A DNA stretch of 38,703 nt, from IMG/VR virus record IMGVR_UViG_2724679538_000007, positions 1 to 38,703 of that record. The stretch is one strand, 5' to 3'. The notes under the pieces were generated by a model. The model was given only the letters and a program-made list of their open reading frames with translations, made no database searches and was not told where the DNA came from. The position numbers were made by a program, and so were the translations under genes. Shown here piece after piece: positions 16,697-27,760 of the stretch (position 1 is its first letter; each line of letters begins with the position of its first letter). Source of the stretch: a virus. Its lineage: Duplodnaviria > Heunggongvirae > Uroviricota > Caudoviricetes.

Positions 16697-16722
16697 AAAG
16701 CCATTCCCTACAGAGTGGCTTT
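16697..16722 (+). repeat. Stem-loop element 2 (AAAGCCA-ttccctacagag-TGGCTTT, followed by GATAATG)
   Basis: Same stem sequence class, related loop core (CTACAG vs CTACGG) and identical 3' GATAATG as element 1. Confidence 0.45.
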
Positions 16723-16791
16723 GATAATGGCTTATACCCTACACGGGATAACTTAACTGATATCCCTTTTAACGGATAAACGGAGCCAACA

Positions 16792-17034
16792 ATGGCAGAG
16801 ATTATTCCCATGACTGAAGAACAGAAATTCCAGCTAGAGATTTACAAACTGGTCATGAACCAGAACGCAGCCGCAGAGGAAGCATTTCAGTTCATTGGCA
16901 CTGACGAGCTGAAGCTTGAGCTATTCAAAATTCACTTCCAGTCAGGCGGCGCTAATTCGGATATCACGACCCGAACTATCGAAGCGGTGCGTAAATCGAA
17001 GGAAGCGTTAGACCTGTTCACCACCGGAGCATGA
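16792..17034 (+). CDS. Hypothetical protein (80 aa) upstream of the terminase genes
   Basis: ORF with a plausible RBS, co-oriented and tightly packed with terS. Confidence 0.5.
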   Translation: MAEIIPMTEEQKFQLEIYKLVMNQNAAAEEAFQFIGTDELKLELFKIHFQSGGANSDITTRTIEAVRKSKEALDLFTTGA

Positions 17035-17035
17035 T

Positions 17036-17230
17036 GTGAGCCGCGTAATCAATTTGGGTAAGGAGAAGAAATTCCCAATTACTCAAGAGCTATACGAGAG
17101 GCTGGAAAGCGTCATCCATGATTACGATGGCGAAATCAGTTTATGCGAGGCGATTGGCACACTCGAATTGCTGAAGCAGTCATTGATTGAAAGCATGAAG
17201 AGCCAACGACCTGAAATAACAAATAAGTGA
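17036..17230 (+). CDS. Hypothetical protein (64 aa)
   Basis: Starts 2 nt after the previous stop; tightly packed upstream of terS. Confidence 0.5.
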   Translation: MSRVINLGKEKKFPITQELYERLESVIHDYDGEISLCEAIGTLELLKQSLIESMKSQRPEITNK

Positions 17231-17231
17231 G

Positions 17232-17726
17232 ATGAATATGGCAGCACCAAAGGGCAACCGATTTTGGGAGGCCCGCAGTAGTCATGGGCGAAATCCTAAA
17301 TTCGAATCGCCTGAGGCGCTGTGGGCTGCTTGTTGTGAATACTTCGAGTGGGTAGAAGCTAACCCGCTATGGGAGATGAAGGCGTTCTCGTATCAGGGGG
17401 AAGTGATACAAGAGCCTATCGCCAAGATGCGAGCGATGACCATTACCGGCCTCACTCTGTTCATTGATGTGACGCTTGAAACATGGCGCACATATCGCCT
17501 GCGAGAAGATTTATCTGAAGTCGTTACGCGAGCAGAGCAGGTCATCTACGACCAGAAATTCTCTGGCGCAGCCGCTGACCTTCTCAACGCTAACATCATC
17601 GCCCGTGATTTGGGCCTCAAAGAGCAGTCGCAAGTTGAAGACGTGACACCTGATAAGGGAGATCGCGATAAGCGGCGCTCTCGTATCAAGGAGCTATTCA
17701 ACCGTGGAACTGGACGCGATTCTTGA
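17232..17726 (+). CDS. Terminase small subunit, P22 gp3-like (164 aa)
   Basis: [38 protein letters not shown] resembles P22 gp3 as I recall it; precedes and overlaps terL. Confidence 0.8.
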   Translation: MNMAAPKGNRFWEARSSHGRNPKFESPEALWAACCEYFEWVEANPLWEMKAFSYQGEVIQEPIAKMRAMTITGLTLFIDVTLETWRTYRLREDLSEVVTRAEQVIYDQKFSGAAADLLNANIIARDLGLKEQSQVEDVTPDKGDRDKRRSRIKELFNRGTGRDS

Positions 17727-19203
17727 TAACCTGAGCGACGAAGAGCAAATAGAATTGCTCGAGCTACTCGAAGAAGAAGAGAACTACCGTAACACACACC
17801 TGCTATATGAATTTACGCCATACAGCAAACAGCGTGAGTTCATCGACGCCGGACATGACTATCCAGAGCGATGTTTTATGGCTGGTAACCAGCTTGGTAA
17901 GTCATTTACTGGTGCTGCTGAAGTCGCGTTTCACCTTACAGGGCGTTATCCGGGAACAAAAGGCTATCCGGCTGATGGTAAATATGGGGGAGAGTGGAAA
18001 GGTAAGCGTTTCTATGAGCCGGTTGTCTTCTGGATTGGCGGCGAGACAAACGAGACGGTAACCAAAACGACTCAACGCATCCTGTGCGGTCGTATTGAAG
18101 AGAATGATGAACCGGGCTACGGTTCAATACCGAAAGAAGACATCATTAGCTGGAAGAAGTCTCCTTTCTTTCCGAATCTTGTTGATCATCTTCTGGTTAA
18201 GCATCACACGGCTGATGGCGTTGAAGATGGCATTTCAATCTGCTACTTCAAGCCATACTCGCAAGGCCGCGCTCGCTGGCAGGGTGACACAATCCACGGT
18301 GTGTGGTTTGACGAAGAGCCACCATACAGCATTTATGGCGAAGGTCTTACCCGTACCAACAAATACGGGCAATTCTCAATTCTGACGTTTACCCCTCTGA
18401 TGGGGATGTCTGACGTTGTTACCAAGTTCCTGAAGAACCCCAGCAAGTCGCAGAAAGTGGTCAACATGACCATCTATGACGCTGAGCACTATACCGACGA
18501 GCAGAAAGAGCAAATCATCGCATCCTATCCCGAACATGAGAGAGAGGCGCGTGCTCGCGGTATTCCTACGATGGGTAGTGGTCGAATCTTCCAGATACCG
18601 GAAGAGACGATTAAGTGTCAGCCGTTCGAGTGTCCTGATCACTTCTACGTAATTGGCGGGATGGATTTCGGATGGGATCACCCACAGGCGCAGGTTCAGC
18701 TTTGGTGGGATAAGGACGCAGACACAATCTACGTTTCACGCGTGTGGAAGGCGAAAGAAAAAACAGCGGTTCAGGCATGGGGAGCCGTTAAATCTTGGGC
18801 GCATAAAGTGCCAACCGCATGGCCTCATGACGGAAACCAGCACGAGAAGGGCGGCGGTGAGCAGCTTAAAGGGCAGTACGCGGACGCTGGTTTTATGATG
18901 TTGCAGGAGCATGCGACATGGCCTGATGGCGGTAATGCTGTTGAGCCTGGAATCACTGAATTGCGCGACATGATGCTTGATGGTCGCTTCAAAGTATTCA
19001 ACACCTGTGAGCCATTCTTTGAGGAGTTTCGCCTCTATCACCGTGATGAAAACGGGAAGATCGTCAAGCTTAACGACGACGTTCTCTCAGCCGTTCGCTA
19101 TGCATACATGATGCGCCGCTTCGCCAAAATGATGCGCGACATCAAAAAACCAAAAGAGAAGAAGATACCAGCCCCAATCAGGCCCATCGCACGGAGAACT
19201 TAA
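17704..19203 (+). CDS. Terminase large subunit, P22 gp2-like (499 aa)
   Basis: Same length as P22 gp2; ATPase motif region ([13 protein letters not shown]) and a C-terminal nuclease-like region. Confidence 0.92.
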   Translation: MELDAILDNLSDEEQIELLELLEEEENYRNTHLLYEFTPYSKQREFIDAGHDYPERCFMAGNQLGKSFTGAAEVAFHLTGRYPGTKGYPADGKYGGEWKGKRFYEPVVFWIGGETNETVTKTTQRILCGRIEENDEPGYGSIPKEDIISWKKSPFFPNLVDHLLVKHHTADGVEDGISICYFKPYSQGRARWQGDTIHGVWFDEEPPYSIYGEGLTRTNKYGQFSILTFTPLMGMSDVVTKFLKNPSKSQKVVNMTIYDAEHYTDEQKEQIIASYPEHEREARARGIPTMGSGRIFQIPEETIKCQPFECPDHFYVIGGMDFGWDHPQAQVQLWWDKDADTIYVSRVWKAKEKTAVQAWGAVKSWAHKVPTAWPHDGNQHEKGGGEQLKGQYADAGFMMLQEHATWPDGGNAVEPGITELRDMMLDGRFKVFNTCEPFFEEFRLYHRDENGKIVKLNDDVLSAVRYAYMMRRFAKMMRDIKKPKEKKIPAPIRPIARRT

Positions 19204-21369
19204 ATGGCCGACGAAAACAGACTCAATTCCATTCTGTGTAAGTTTGACGCGGACTGGATGGCGAGCGATGAAGCCAGAACCGAGGCGACAAATGACCTGT
19301 ATTTTAGCCGAGTGTCGCAATGGGATGACTGGCTATCAAACTACACCACCCTGCAATATCGCGGACAATTCGATGTTGTTCGCCCGGTGGTCAGGAAACT
19401 GGTCGCAGAGATGCGCCGGAACCCTATCGACGTTCTCTTCCGACCCAAAGACGGCGCTAATCCTGATGCAGCCGATGTGTTGATGGGGATGTATCGTACT
19501 GATATGCGCCATAACACGGCAAAGATTGCCGTTAACGTTGGCGTTCGTGAGCAGATAGAGTCCGGCGTTGGTGCATGGCGTTTGGTCACACAGTACGAAG
19601 ACAACGATCCAACAAGCAATAATCAGGTAATCAGACGCCTGCCAATCCATGAAGCCTGCTCACACGTCATATGGGACGCCAACAGCAAGCAGATGGATAA
19701 GAGCGACGCTAAGCACTGCACGGTGATTAACGCTTTGTCACGCAATGGCTGGAAAGAGTTCGCAGAGGATTACGGTATTGATCCTGACACCTTGCCATCT
19801 TTCCAGAATCCTAACGATACATGGCTATTCCCGTGGGTGTCGAATGATGTCGTCTACGTCGCTGAGTATTACGAGGTAGAAGAGAAGAAGGAGAGAGTCT
19901 TCATCTACCGCGACCCGCTTACAGGTGAGCCGGTCAGCTATTACCAGCAGGATATCAAAGACGTCATCGACGACCTGGCTAATCGTGGATTCATTAAGGT
20001 AGCAGAGCGCAAGGTGAAGCGGCGGCGTGTGTATAAGTCGATCATCACCTGCACGCAGATACTGAAAGACCGCGAGAAGATAGCCGGAGAGCATATTCCA
20101 ATCGTTCCAGTGTATGGTGAATGGTCATTCGCTGGTGACAAGGAGTGCTACGAAGGAGTGGTAAGGCTGACGAAGGACGGTCAGCGCCTTCGTAACATGA
20201 TCATGTCATTCAACGCCGATATTGTTGCTCGTTCACCGAAGAAGAAACCGACCTTCTTCCCTGAGCAAATCGAAGGCTACGAATACATGTACGGTGGAAA
20301 TGATGACTATCCGTACTATCTGCAGAACAAGACCGATGAAAACGGTAACGACCTGCCGATTGGTCCAATCTCCTACATGGAAAACCCTGAAGTGCCGCAA
20401 GCCAACGCTTACATGCTTGAGGCTGCCACCAACGCAGTGAAAGAGGTGGCTAGTCTTGGCGTGGATGCGCAGGCGGCAAATGGTCAGGTCGCTTTCGATA
20501 CCGTCAATCAACTGAACATGCGGGCAGACCTTGAGACATACGTGTTTCAGGATAACCTGGCTACCGCAATGCGACGTGATGGCGAGATTTATGCCTCAAT
20601 GGTCAACGATATTTATGACGTTCCTCGTCATGTAACGCTGACACTTGAAGATGGTAGCGAGAAAGACGTTCAACTCTACGCGCAAGTTGTCGATTATCAG
20701 TCCGGCAATGTGGTCACACTCAACGACATTCGCGGTCGCTATGAGTGCTATACAGACGTTGGGCCATCCTTCCAGAGCATGAAGGAACAGAACCGCGCAG
20801 AGATTCAGGAATTGCTCACTAAGGTTCCGCAAGGTACTCCAGAGTTCCAGATGCTGATGCTGCAATACTTCACGCTGCTTGACGGTAAAGGCGTCGAGAT
20901 GATGCGAGAGTACGCGAACAAGCAACTGGTGATGATGGGGCTGAAGAAACCAGAAACACCTGAAGAGATGGAGATGGTACAGCAGGCACAACAACAGCCG
21001 CAGCAGCCATCAGCAGAGCAAATTCAGGCGCAGGGTATCCTTCTGCAAGGTCAGGCTGAATTGCTCAAGGCAGAGAACCAACAGGCGCAGATTCAGGTTG
21101 AAGCCGCCAAGGTTGAAGCCCAAAACCAACTCAACGCCGCGAAGATTGCAGAAATCTTCAACAATATGGACCTCGACAAGCAGGCAGAACTGCGTGAGTA
21201 CCTCAAGCTCGTAGGTCAATTCCAGCAACAGCGCAGTAAAGATGCTCGTGCTAACGCTGAGCTGCTTCTTAAAGATGCAGACCAGACTCATTCACAACGC
21301 ATGGATTTCGCGAATCTTATGCGTCAAGTTCAAATCCCCTCCGGCGGAGTAGCCGAGACACCTCAATAA
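19204..21369 (+). CDS. Portal protein, P22 gp1-like (721 aa)
   Basis: Long stretches match P22 portal as I recall it ([32 protein letters not shown] ... [26 protein letters not shown] ... [16 protein letters not shown]). Confidence 0.93.
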   Translation: MADENRLNSILCKFDADWMASDEARTEATNDLYFSRVSQWDDWLSNYTTLQYRGQFDVVRPVVRKLVAEMRRNPIDVLFRPKDGANPDAADVLMGMYRTDMRHNTAKIAVNVGVREQIESGVGAWRLVTQYEDNDPTSNNQVIRRLPIHEACSHVIWDANSKQMDKSDAKHCTVINALSRNGWKEFAEDYGIDPDTLPSFQNPNDTWLFPWVSNDVVYVAEYYEVEEKKERVFIYRDPLTGEPVSYYQQDIKDVIDDLANRGFIKVAERKVKRRRVYKSIITCTQILKDREKIAGEHIPIVPVYGEWSFAGDKECYEGVVRLTKDGQRLRNMIMSFNADIVARSPKKKPTFFPEQIEGYEYMYGGNDDYPYYLQNKTDENGNDLPIGPISYMENPEVPQANAYMLEAATNAVKEVASLGVDAQAANGQVAFDTVNQLNMRADLETYVFQDNLATAMRRDGEIYASMVNDIYDVPRHVTLTLEDGSEKDVQLYAQVVDYQSGNVVTLNDIRGRYECYTDVGPSFQSMKEQNRAEIQELLTKVPQGTPEFQMLMLQYFTLLDGKGVEMMREYANKQLVMMGLKKPETPEEMEMVQQAQQQPQQPSAEQIQAQGILLQGQAELLKAENQQAQIQVEAAKVEAQNQLNAAKIAEIFNNMDLDKQAELREYLKLVGQFQQQRSKDARANAELLLKDADQTHSQRMDFANLMRQVQIPSGGVAETPQ

Positions 21370-21382
21370 GAGAGAGTTAATC

Positions 21383-22294
21383 ATGGACCAAACCACCGAC
21401 ATTCAGGCTTCTGAAGAATTAACCCTGCCCGGCAATCATGCAGCGGCATCTGCTGATGGCTTAGTTGTCGATAATGCCAACGACAACGCAGGTCAGGAAG
21501 AAGGCTTCGAGATTGTCCTGAAAGACGATGAGAAACCAAAACAAGACCCGGCAACTAATGCTGAATTTGCCCGTCGCCGCATCGAACGCAAACGCCAGCG
21601 TGAGCTTGAGCAGCAGATGGAAGCGGTTAAGCGTGGAGAGTTGCCGGAGCACCTGCGGGTGAACCCTGAGTTACCAAAACAACCAGACCCTAACGATTAT
21701 CTTTCCGAAGACGCACTGGCTAAGTACGACTATGACCAGAGCCGCGCACTGGCTGCCTTCCAGCAGGCAAACAGTGAATGGCAGATCAAGGCTATGGACG
21801 CACGAAGCCAGGCTGTAGCCGAGCAGGGCCGCAAAACTCAGGAGTTCACCCAGCAATCAGCGCAATACGTCGAGGCAGCCCGTAAGCACTACGACGCAGC
21901 GGAAAAGCTCAATATCCCTGACTATCAGGAGAAAGAGGATGCATTCATGCAACTGGTGCCGCCAGCAGTCGGTGCCGACATCATGCGCCTCTTCCCGGAG
22001 AAATCCGCTGCTCTCATGTATCACCTTGGTGCTAATCCTGAGAAAACACGCCAGTTGCTGGCGATGGACGGGCAATCCGCGCTGATTGAACTCACTCGAC
22101 TGTCAGAACGTTTAACTCTCAAGCCTCGAGCCAAGCCTGTTTCAGAAGCCCCGTTACCTGATGAACCCATTCAGGGACACGCTGTTGCTGCAAATATCTC
22201 TGCGATTGAAAAGCAGATGGAAGCGGCAGCAAACAAAGGGGATGTAGAGACATACCGCAAGCTCAAGGCGCAACTGAATAAAGGAATTCGATAA
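21383..22294 (+). CDS. Scaffolding protein, P22 gp8-like (303 aa)
   Basis: Same length as P22 gp8 with conserved blocks ([31 protein letters not shown] ... [33 protein letters not shown]). Confidence 0.9.
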   Translation: MDQTTDIQASEELTLPGNHAAASADGLVVDNANDNAGQEEGFEIVLKDDEKPKQDPATNAEFARRRIERKRQRELEQQMEAVKRGELPEHLRVNPELPKQPDPNDYLSEDALAKYDYDQSRALAAFQQANSEWQIKAMDARSQAVAEQGRKTQEFTQQSAQYVEAARKHYDAAEKLNIPDYQEKEDAFMQLVPPAVGADIMRLFPEKSAALMYHLGANPEKTRQLLAMDGQSALIELTRLSERLTLKPRAKPVSEAPLPDEPIQGHAVAANISAIEKQMEAAANKGDVETYRKLKAQLNKGIR

Positions 22295-23589
22295 TGGCAT
22301 TAAATGAAGGTCAACTGGTCACGTATGCTCTGGATGAAATCATCGAAACCGTCCAGAACCTGACGCCAATGGCGTCTAAAGTGACAAAATACACCCCTCC
22401 GGCAGAATCCATGCAGCGTTCAAGCAACACCGTGTGGATGCCTGTCGAGCAGGAAGCGCCAACCCAGACTGGCTGGGATTTAACTGGCAACGCAACCGGG
22501 ATTCTGGAACTCTCCGTGAAATGCAACATGGGCGATCCGGATAACGATTTCTTCGAGCTTCGTGCAGATGACCTGCGTGATGAGCGTTCTTACCGTCGCC
22601 GCATCCAGGCATCCGCTAAAAAACTGGCGAATAACATTGAGTCAGCAATTGCCAAACAGGCAACTGAAATGGGCTCACTTGTTGTTCACGATACCAGAGC
22701 AATTGGTCCATCTACTGGCCTGTCTGGCTGGGATTTTGTGTCTGATGCAGAGCGCCTGATGTTCTCCCGTGAGCTAAACCGCGATATGGGCATCAGTTAC
22801 TTCCTGAACCCTGACGATTACCGCAAAGCAGGCCGCAACCTGGTAGATGGTGACATCTTCGGGCGCGTTCCTGAAGAAGCGTATCGCAACGGTACTATTC
22901 AGCGTCAGATTGCTGGCTTTGATGAAATTCTTCGCTCACCGAAACTTCCGGCAGTTACCAAGTCAACCGCTACTGGTGTAACTGTTTCTGGTGCGCAGAA
23001 GTTTAAGCCGCAGGCATACACTCTTGATACCGATGGTAACAAAGAGAACGTCGACAACCGTGTTGCAACGGTGACCGTATCCTCCACCACCGGATTTAAG
23101 CGCGGCGACAAAATCAGCTTCACTGGCGTGAAATTCCTGTCTCAGATGGCGAAGAACGTGCTGACTGATGACGCGACTTTCTCAATCACCCGTGTGATCG
23201 ATGGTACTCACATCGAAATCACGCCGAAGCCGATTGCACTGGATGACGCGTCACTGACAAAAGAAGAGAAGGCTTACGCTAACGTAAACACCTCTCTTGC
23301 TGATACCACTCCGGTAAACGTTCTGAACGTGGCAACAACCACCGCTAACGTGTTCTGGGCTGATGACTCAATCCGTCTGCTGTCTCAGCCGATCCCGGTA
23401 ACCCATGAGCTGTTTGCTGGCATGAAAACGTCTTCCTTCAGCATTCCTGGTATTGGTGTTAACGGCATCTTCGCAACGCAGGGTGATATCAACACTCTGT
23501 CTGGTAAGTGCCGTATTGCTGTGTGGTATTCAGCATGTGCTGTACGACCAGAGGCAATTGGTGTTGGTCTGCCTAACCAGACCGCGTGA
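22294..23589 (+). CDS. Major capsid (coat) protein, P22 gp5-like (431 aa)
   Basis: [20 protein letters not shown] ... [29 protein letters not shown] ... [16 protein letters not shown] parallels P22 coat. Confidence 0.93.
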   Translation: MALNEGQLVTYALDEIIETVQNLTPMASKVTKYTPPAESMQRSSNTVWMPVEQEAPTQTGWDLTGNATGILELSVKCNMGDPDNDFFELRADDLRDERSYRRRIQASAKKLANNIESAIAKQATEMGSLVVHDTRAIGPSTGLSGWDFVSDAERLMFSRELNRDMGISYFLNPDDYRKAGRNLVDGDIFGRVPEEAYRNGTIQRQIAGFDEILRSPKLPAVTKSTATGVTVSGAQKFKPQAYTLDTDGNKENVDNRVATVTVSSTTGFKRGDKISFTGVKFLSQMAKNVLTDDATFSITRVIDGTHIEITPKPIALDDASLTKEEKAYANVNTSLADTTPVNVLNVATTTANVFWADDSIRLLSQPIPVTHELFAGMKTSSFSIPGIGVNGIFATQGDINTLSGKCRIAVWYSACAVRPEAIGVGLPNQTA

Positions 23590-23596
23590 TAACCAG

Positions 23597-23620
23597 AGGG
23601 AGCTTCGGCTCCCTTTTTTA
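23597..23620 (+). terminator. Hairpin plus T-tract after the coat gene
   Basis: AGGGAGC-ttcg-GCTCCCT followed by TTTTTTA. Confidence 0.5.
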
Positions 23621-23633
23621 TCTGGAGACAAGC

Positions 23634-23876
23634 ATGACACACATGATCTTTCGTCATGGCGACATGAAGAAGTGGAAAGGCGTTGGCTACGACTTTGAAA
23701 TCGTGAAAGCCGAAGAGCTTCAGGAATATCTGGATGCTGGCTGGTTTTCACATCCTGATGACCTTTTGAAGGATGTTGCAGAGCCAGAGCCAGAGCCAGA
23801 GCCAGAAGAAAAACAGCGTAAAAAGCCTGGTCGAAAACCTAAGGCGGCAGCAGATGAACCTGACAACGAAGGGTGA
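23634..23876 (+). CDS. Hypothetical protein (80 aa) with an EPEPEPEPE acidic repeat and a basic C-terminus
   Basis: ATG with GGAG RBS after the coat terminator; (GAGCCA)x4 coding repeat at 23781-23804; its stop overlaps the gp4 start. Confidence 0.5.
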   Translation: MTHMIFRHGDMKKWKGVGYDFEIVKAEELQEYLDAGWFSHPDDLLKDVAEPEPEPEPEEKQRKKPGRKPKAAADEPDNEG

Positions 23877-24354
23877 TTTAGTCCTTGCAGCATTACGTAA
23901 GCTCGGTGTTGCATCAAATGCCACGTTAACCGATGTCGAACCGCAGTCTATGGAAGACGGGGTCAACGACCTTGAAATGATGATGGCTGAATGGCTTGGC
24001 GGTGATGTGTCACCTGGTATCAACGTTGGCTACATTTTTGCTGATGCAGATGTTGCTCCGGATCCTGGCGATGAGCACGGCTTATCAAATAACGCTATAA
24101 ATGCCGTCATTTTCAACCTTGCCTGCCGCATTGCTCCAGATTATGCGCTGGAAGCGCCAGCAAAACTTATAACCACTGCCAGATACGGGAAAGAGCGACT
24201 CGTCAAACTGTCTGCAATGGACAGAGCAAAAGCCGCTAAATGTAAGTCCGGTTATCCAAACCGTATGCCTGTTGGTAGCGGTAACCAGTTGGCGAAGTGG
24301 AACGGTTGGAATTACTTCCAGCGAAAGGAACCTTGCGATAACGGGAGCGAATAA
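23854..24354 (+). CDS. Head-tail adaptor (tail accessory factor), P22 gp4-like (166 aa)
   Basis: [43 protein letters not shown] ... [13 protein letters not shown] parallels P22 gp4; track ORF carries an upstream extension in this frame. Confidence 0.85.
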   Translation: MNLTTKGDLVLAALRKLGVASNATLTDVEPQSMEDGVNDLEMMMAEWLGGDVSPGINVGYIFADADVAPDPGDEHGLSNNAINAVIFNLACRIAPDYALEAPAKLITTARYGKERLVKLSAMDRAKAAKCKSGYPNRMPVGSGNQLAKWNGWNYFQRKEPCDNGSE

Positions 24355-24450
24355 TGCCGATTCAGCAACTTCCGCTTATGAAAGGTGTCGGCAAAGACTT
24401 TAGAAACGCTGACTATATCGACTATCTGCCAGTGAATATGCTGGCAATTT
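24355..24450 (+). pseudogene. Remnant 5' fragment of gene 10 (31 gp10-like codons, then a premature stop)
   Basis: [31 protein letters not shown] matches the P22 gp10 N-terminus and starts directly after the gp4 stop; reading frame ends with ...ILI-stop; the intact gene 10 resumes about 670 bp downstream. Confidence 0.65.
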
Positions 24451-24494
24451 TGATATAATAAGTACATGAAAAATCGAAACTTTAAGGAGTAGAT

Positions 24495-25079
24495 ATGCTT
24501 TCTGAGAATGCTAAAGATATACCTGGATTTGAAGGTGTTTATGCCGTAACAGAAGATGGCAGGGTGTATTCTCACTCACGTGTTGTTAAGGCTGCGCATG
24601 GCAGCACGCAACTCAGAAAGGGGCGCTGGTTAAAGCCTAAAATAAATCAGGGAAGGGTGCTTTATAATATCGGAGCAAAATGGACTTTTGCCCATCGAAT
24701 CGTTGCAATGACATTCCTGCCAAATCCTGAAAACAAGCCTCAGGTAAATCATATTGATGGCAATCCACTCAATAATAACGTCAATAATCTTGAGTGGTGC
24801 ACTCAAAGCGAAAACATCAAACATGCATACGCCACAGGATTAAAGAAACCAATCAAGTTTTTCGGAACCAAGCACCCAAAACACAAGTTGAGTGATGACG
24901 ATGTTCTTGCAATCAAGTCATCAAAAGAAAGCTTGTCAGTAATTGCGGCTAAGTACGGGATATCTAAGACTTGGGCAAGTAGGCTAAAGCGTGATGCTAA
25001 CTGGGTTCATATAAAGGTTGATTCCAATGGCAATACAACAACTACCACTAATGAAGGGATTAGGGAAAAGTGCGGTTAA
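24495..25079 (+). CDS. HNH homing endonuclease (NUMOD4-like N-terminus, HNH core, C-terminal DNA-binding motif; 194 aa)
   Basis: GFEGVYAVTEDGRVYS (NUMOD4-like) and HRIVAMTFLPNPENKPQVNHIDGNPLNNNVNNLEWCTQSENIKHA (HNH); AAGGAG RBS; local AT-rich composition; splits gene 10. Confidence 0.85.
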   Translation: MLSENAKDIPGFEGVYAVTEDGRVYSHSRVVKAAHGSTQLRKGRWLKPKINQGRVLYNIGAKWTFAHRIVAMTFLPNPENKPQVNHIDGNPLNNNVNNLEWCTQSENIKHAYATGLKKPIKFFGTKHPKHKLSDDDVLAIKSSKESLSVIAAKYGISKTWASRLKRDANWVHIKVDSNGNTTTTTNEGIREKCG

Positions 25080-26445
25080 TGCTGATTATATAGACCAACT
25101 TCCAGTCAATCTTTTAGCTACGCCCAAGGAGGTGTTGAATTCATCGGGATATCTTCGCTCATTCCCGGGCATTGCCAAACGCTCTGATGTAAACGGCGTA
25201 TCTCGCGGCGTCGAGTACAACATGGCGCAGAATGCTGTTTATCGTGTGTGTGGTGGCAAGCTGTACAAAGGAGAAAGTGAAGTCGGTGACGTTGCCGGAA
25301 GTGGTCGCGTATCAATGGCACATGGTCGTATATCACAGGCGGTAGGGGTTAACGGGAAACTGGTCGAGTATCGCTATGATGGCACGATTAAAACCGTCTC
25401 AAACTGGCCTACAGACAGCGGATTCACGCAGTATGAGTTAGGCTCAGTCCGCGACATTACGCGCTTACGTGGGCGTTATGCGTGGTCAAAAGACGGCACT
25501 GATTCATGGTTTATCACTGATCTTGAAGACGAATCGCATCCTGACCGTTACAGCGCACAATATCGTGCCGAGTCTCAGCCGGACGGCATCATCGGTATCG
25601 GGACATGGCGAGACTTCATCGTCTGCTTTGGTTCATCGACTATTGAATATTTCTCCCTGACTGGCGCAACCACCGTTGGTGCTGCTTTGTATGTCGCACA
25701 GCCATCACTGATGGTGCAAAAAGGCATTGCCGGGACTTACTGCAAAACGCCATTCGCTGATTCTTATGCGTTCATCAGCAATCCTGCAACAGGTGCTCCG
25801 TCTGTATACATCATCGGCTCCGGTCAGGTATCACCAATCGCCAGCGCGAGCATTGAGAAAATACTACGCTCCTACACTGCTGATGAACTGGCTGATGGCG
25901 TGATGGAATCGTTGCGGTTTGATGCTCATGAGTTGCTGATTATTCACCTGCCGCGCCATGTTCTCGTGTACGACGCATCTTCAAGCGCCAATGGTCCGCA
26001 ATGGTGTGTGTTGAAAACTGGCTTGTATGACGATGTGTACCGCGCTATCGACTTCATTTACGAAGGCAATCAGATAACGTGCGGCGATAAGCTGGAGTCC
26101 ATGACCGGGAAATTGCAGTTCGACATCAGCAGCCAGTATGGGCTACAGCAAGAACACCTGCTGTTTACTCCACTCTTCAAAGCAGATAACGCCAGAGTTT
26201 TCGACCTTGAAGTTGAATCTTCAACTGGCGTAGCTCAGTACGCCGACCGCCTGTTCCTCTCTGCAACCACTGACGGCATAAATTATGGGCGTGAGCAGAT
26301 GATTGAGCAGAATGAACCGTTCGTTTACGACAAACGCGTTTTGTGGAAACGAGTAGGGCGCATCAGGAAAAACATTGGTTTCAAATTGCGCGTTATCACG
26401 AAGTCACCTGTCACTCTGTCTGGCTGCCAGATAAGGATTGAGTAA
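25027..26445 (+). CDS. Tail accessory/head completion protein, P22 gp10-like (about 473 aa; track ORF begins at a TTG at 25018)
   Basis: [49 protein letters not shown] ... parallels P22 gp10 through to the C-terminus; start overlaps the 3' end of the HNH gene. Confidence 0.9.
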   Translation: MAIQQLPLMKGLGKSAVNADYIDQLPVNLLATPKEVLNSSGYLRSFPGIAKRSDVNGVSRGVEYNMAQNAVYRVCGGKLYKGESEVGDVAGSGRVSMAHGRISQAVGVNGKLVEYRYDGTIKTVSNWPTDSGFTQYELGSVRDITRLRGRYAWSKDGTDSWFITDLEDESHPDRYSAQYRAESQPDGIIGIGTWRDFIVCFGSSTIEYFSLTGATTVGAALYVAQPSLMVQKGIAGTYCKTPFADSYAFISNPATGAPSVYIIGSGQVSPIASASIEKILRSYTADELADGVMESLRFDAHELLIIHLPRHVLVYDASSSANGPQWCVLKTGLYDDVYRAIDFIYEGNQITCGDKLESMTGKLQFDISSQYGLQQEHLLFTPLFKADNARVFDLEVESSTGVAQYADRLFLSATTDGINYGREQMIEQNEPFVYDKRVLWKRVGRIRKNIGFKLRVITKSPVTLSGCQIRIE

Positions 26446-27293
26446 TGGCGGATTCGAATCTCAATGTGCCGGTAATCATTCAGGCTACACGGCTAGACAC
26501 ATCAGTCCTTCCACGCAATATCTTCTCGCAGTCGTATCTGCTTTACGTTATCGCACAGGGCACTGATGTTGGTAACGTGGCTAACAAAGCCAACGAGGCC
26601 GGACAGGGCGCTTATGACGCACAAGTCAGGAACGATGAGCAGGATGTGATTCTGGTCGATCACGAAATTCGACTGGCATCGGCTGAATCGAAGATACAGG
26701 ACCACGAAACAAGGATCACTAACGCAGAAGCGGCGATAGTCGGCCTTGATTCTCGATTAACGACAGCAGAAAACGATATTGATTATCTGACGAATGAAGT
26801 TATCGCCATTCAAAACACGCTTTCAGACCATGAAACTCGCATTGATGCTCTGGAGTATGCAACCACGCGCAAGAAGTCAGAGGTTGTTTACTCTGGCATA
26901 TCAGTAACCATTCCGACAGCGCCGACCAACCTTGTTAGCCTGCTGAAAACGCTCACGCCGTCATCCGGCACGTTAGCACCATTCTTCGACACCGTTAACA
27001 ACAAGATGGTTGTGTTCAACGAGAACAAAACCTTGTTCTTCAAGCTGTCGATCGTCGGGACGTGGCCCAGCGGAACCGCCAACAGGTCAATGCAGCTAAC
27101 CTTTTCCGGCTCTGTTCCTGACACACTGGTAAGCAGTCGCAACTCGGCGACAACAACCGATAACATCTTGTTAGCTACGTTCTTCAGCGTGGATAAAGAC
27201 GGCTTTCTTGCCACAAATGGCAGTACGTTAACCATTCAGTCGAATGGTGCGGCGTTTACCGCCACAACCATCAAAATCATTGCGGAGCAGTGA
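26445..27293 (+). CDS. Tail needle protein (gp26 family) with an extended C-terminal knob-like domain (282 aa)
   Basis: N-terminus [43 protein letters not shown] matches the P22 gp26 N-terminal domain; about 50 aa longer than P22 gp26, with a different C-terminus, as in Sf6-type needles. Confidence 0.85.
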   Translation: MADSNLNVPVIIQATRLDTSVLPRNIFSQSYLLYVIAQGTDVGNVANKANEAGQGAYDAQVRNDEQDVILVDHEIRLASAESKIQDHETRITNAEAAIVGLDSRLTTAENDIDYLTNEVIAIQNTLSDHETRIDALEYATTRKKSEVVYSGISVTIPTAPTNLVSLLKTLTPSSGTLAPFFDTVNNKMVVFNENKTLFFKLSIVGTWPSGTANRSMQLTFSGSVPDTLVSSRNSATTTDNILLATFFSVDKDGFLATNGSTLTIQSNGAAFTATTIKIIAEQ

Positions 27294-27760
27294 TGGAAAT
27301 AAAGCTCATCGATAATCCGGTGAAGCTTGCAGAATTCCTCAACAACCCGGCAAACACGGGGAATATCGTAGACAGTGGAGATAAATACTACATCAAGCCT
27401 GATGCGGTATATCTCGGCATCTACGAAGGATTAGTGCTGGCTGGAGTTCATGAAGTGCGTAACTTCTGGCATAGCGTTGTTGAATGCCATGCGGTGTATG
27501 ACCCCGGATTCCGTGGTGAATATGCACTGCAAGGGCATCGATTATTCTGCAAATGGCTTCTCGAAAACTCACCATTCCTTAACAGCATCACCATGGTTCC
27601 TGACACAACGAAATACGGACGGTCAATTATCCGTTTGCTTGGCGCTACCCGTGTTGGTCACCTTGATGATGCGTACATGAGTAACGGAAAACCGGTTGGA
27701 ATCACCCTCTATCAATTACCTCGTTCGAAATATGAGGAGCTATTAAATGTTAGTACTTAG
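27290..27760 (+). CDS. Virion assembly/ejection-associated protein in the P22 gene 14 position (156 aa)
   Basis: Synteny only (between the needle gene and the first ejection protein); similarity to P22 gp14 not verified. Confidence 0.6.
   Translation: MMEIKLIDNPVKLAEFLNNPANTGNIVDSGDKYYIKPDAVYLGIYEGLVLAGVHEVRNFWHSVVECHAVYDPGFRGEYALQGHRLFCKWLLENSPFLNSITMVPDTTKYGRSIIRLLGATRVGHLDDAYMSNGKPVGITLYQLPRSKYEELLNVST

Noticed and set aside
16080-16790. Searched the lysis-terminase gap for tRNA genes and for a Bor-like lipoprotein
   Set aside because: No T-loop-like GTTCGAATC motif or cloverleaf-sized structure seen by eye; no minus-strand lipobox ORF; needs tRNAscan-SE to exclude formally.
19336-21291. 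Several 60-130-aa minus-strand ORFs inside the portal gene (for example 20596..20994, 21010..21291)
   Set aside because: Antisense to a conserved portal gene; no starts with RBS; artefacts of a long GC-balanced coding region.
23781-23804. Short tandem repeat (GAGCCA)x4, considered as a possible CRISPR-like or VNTR element
   Set aside because: Only four 6-bp units, in-frame inside a coding sequence; not a CRISPR array (no spacers and no repeats of 25-40 bp).
24312-24575. 87-aa minus-strand ORF spanning the gp10 remnant and the HNH gene start
   Set aside because: Antisense to two better-supported features in an AT-rich segment; AT-rich DNA produces such ORFs by chance.
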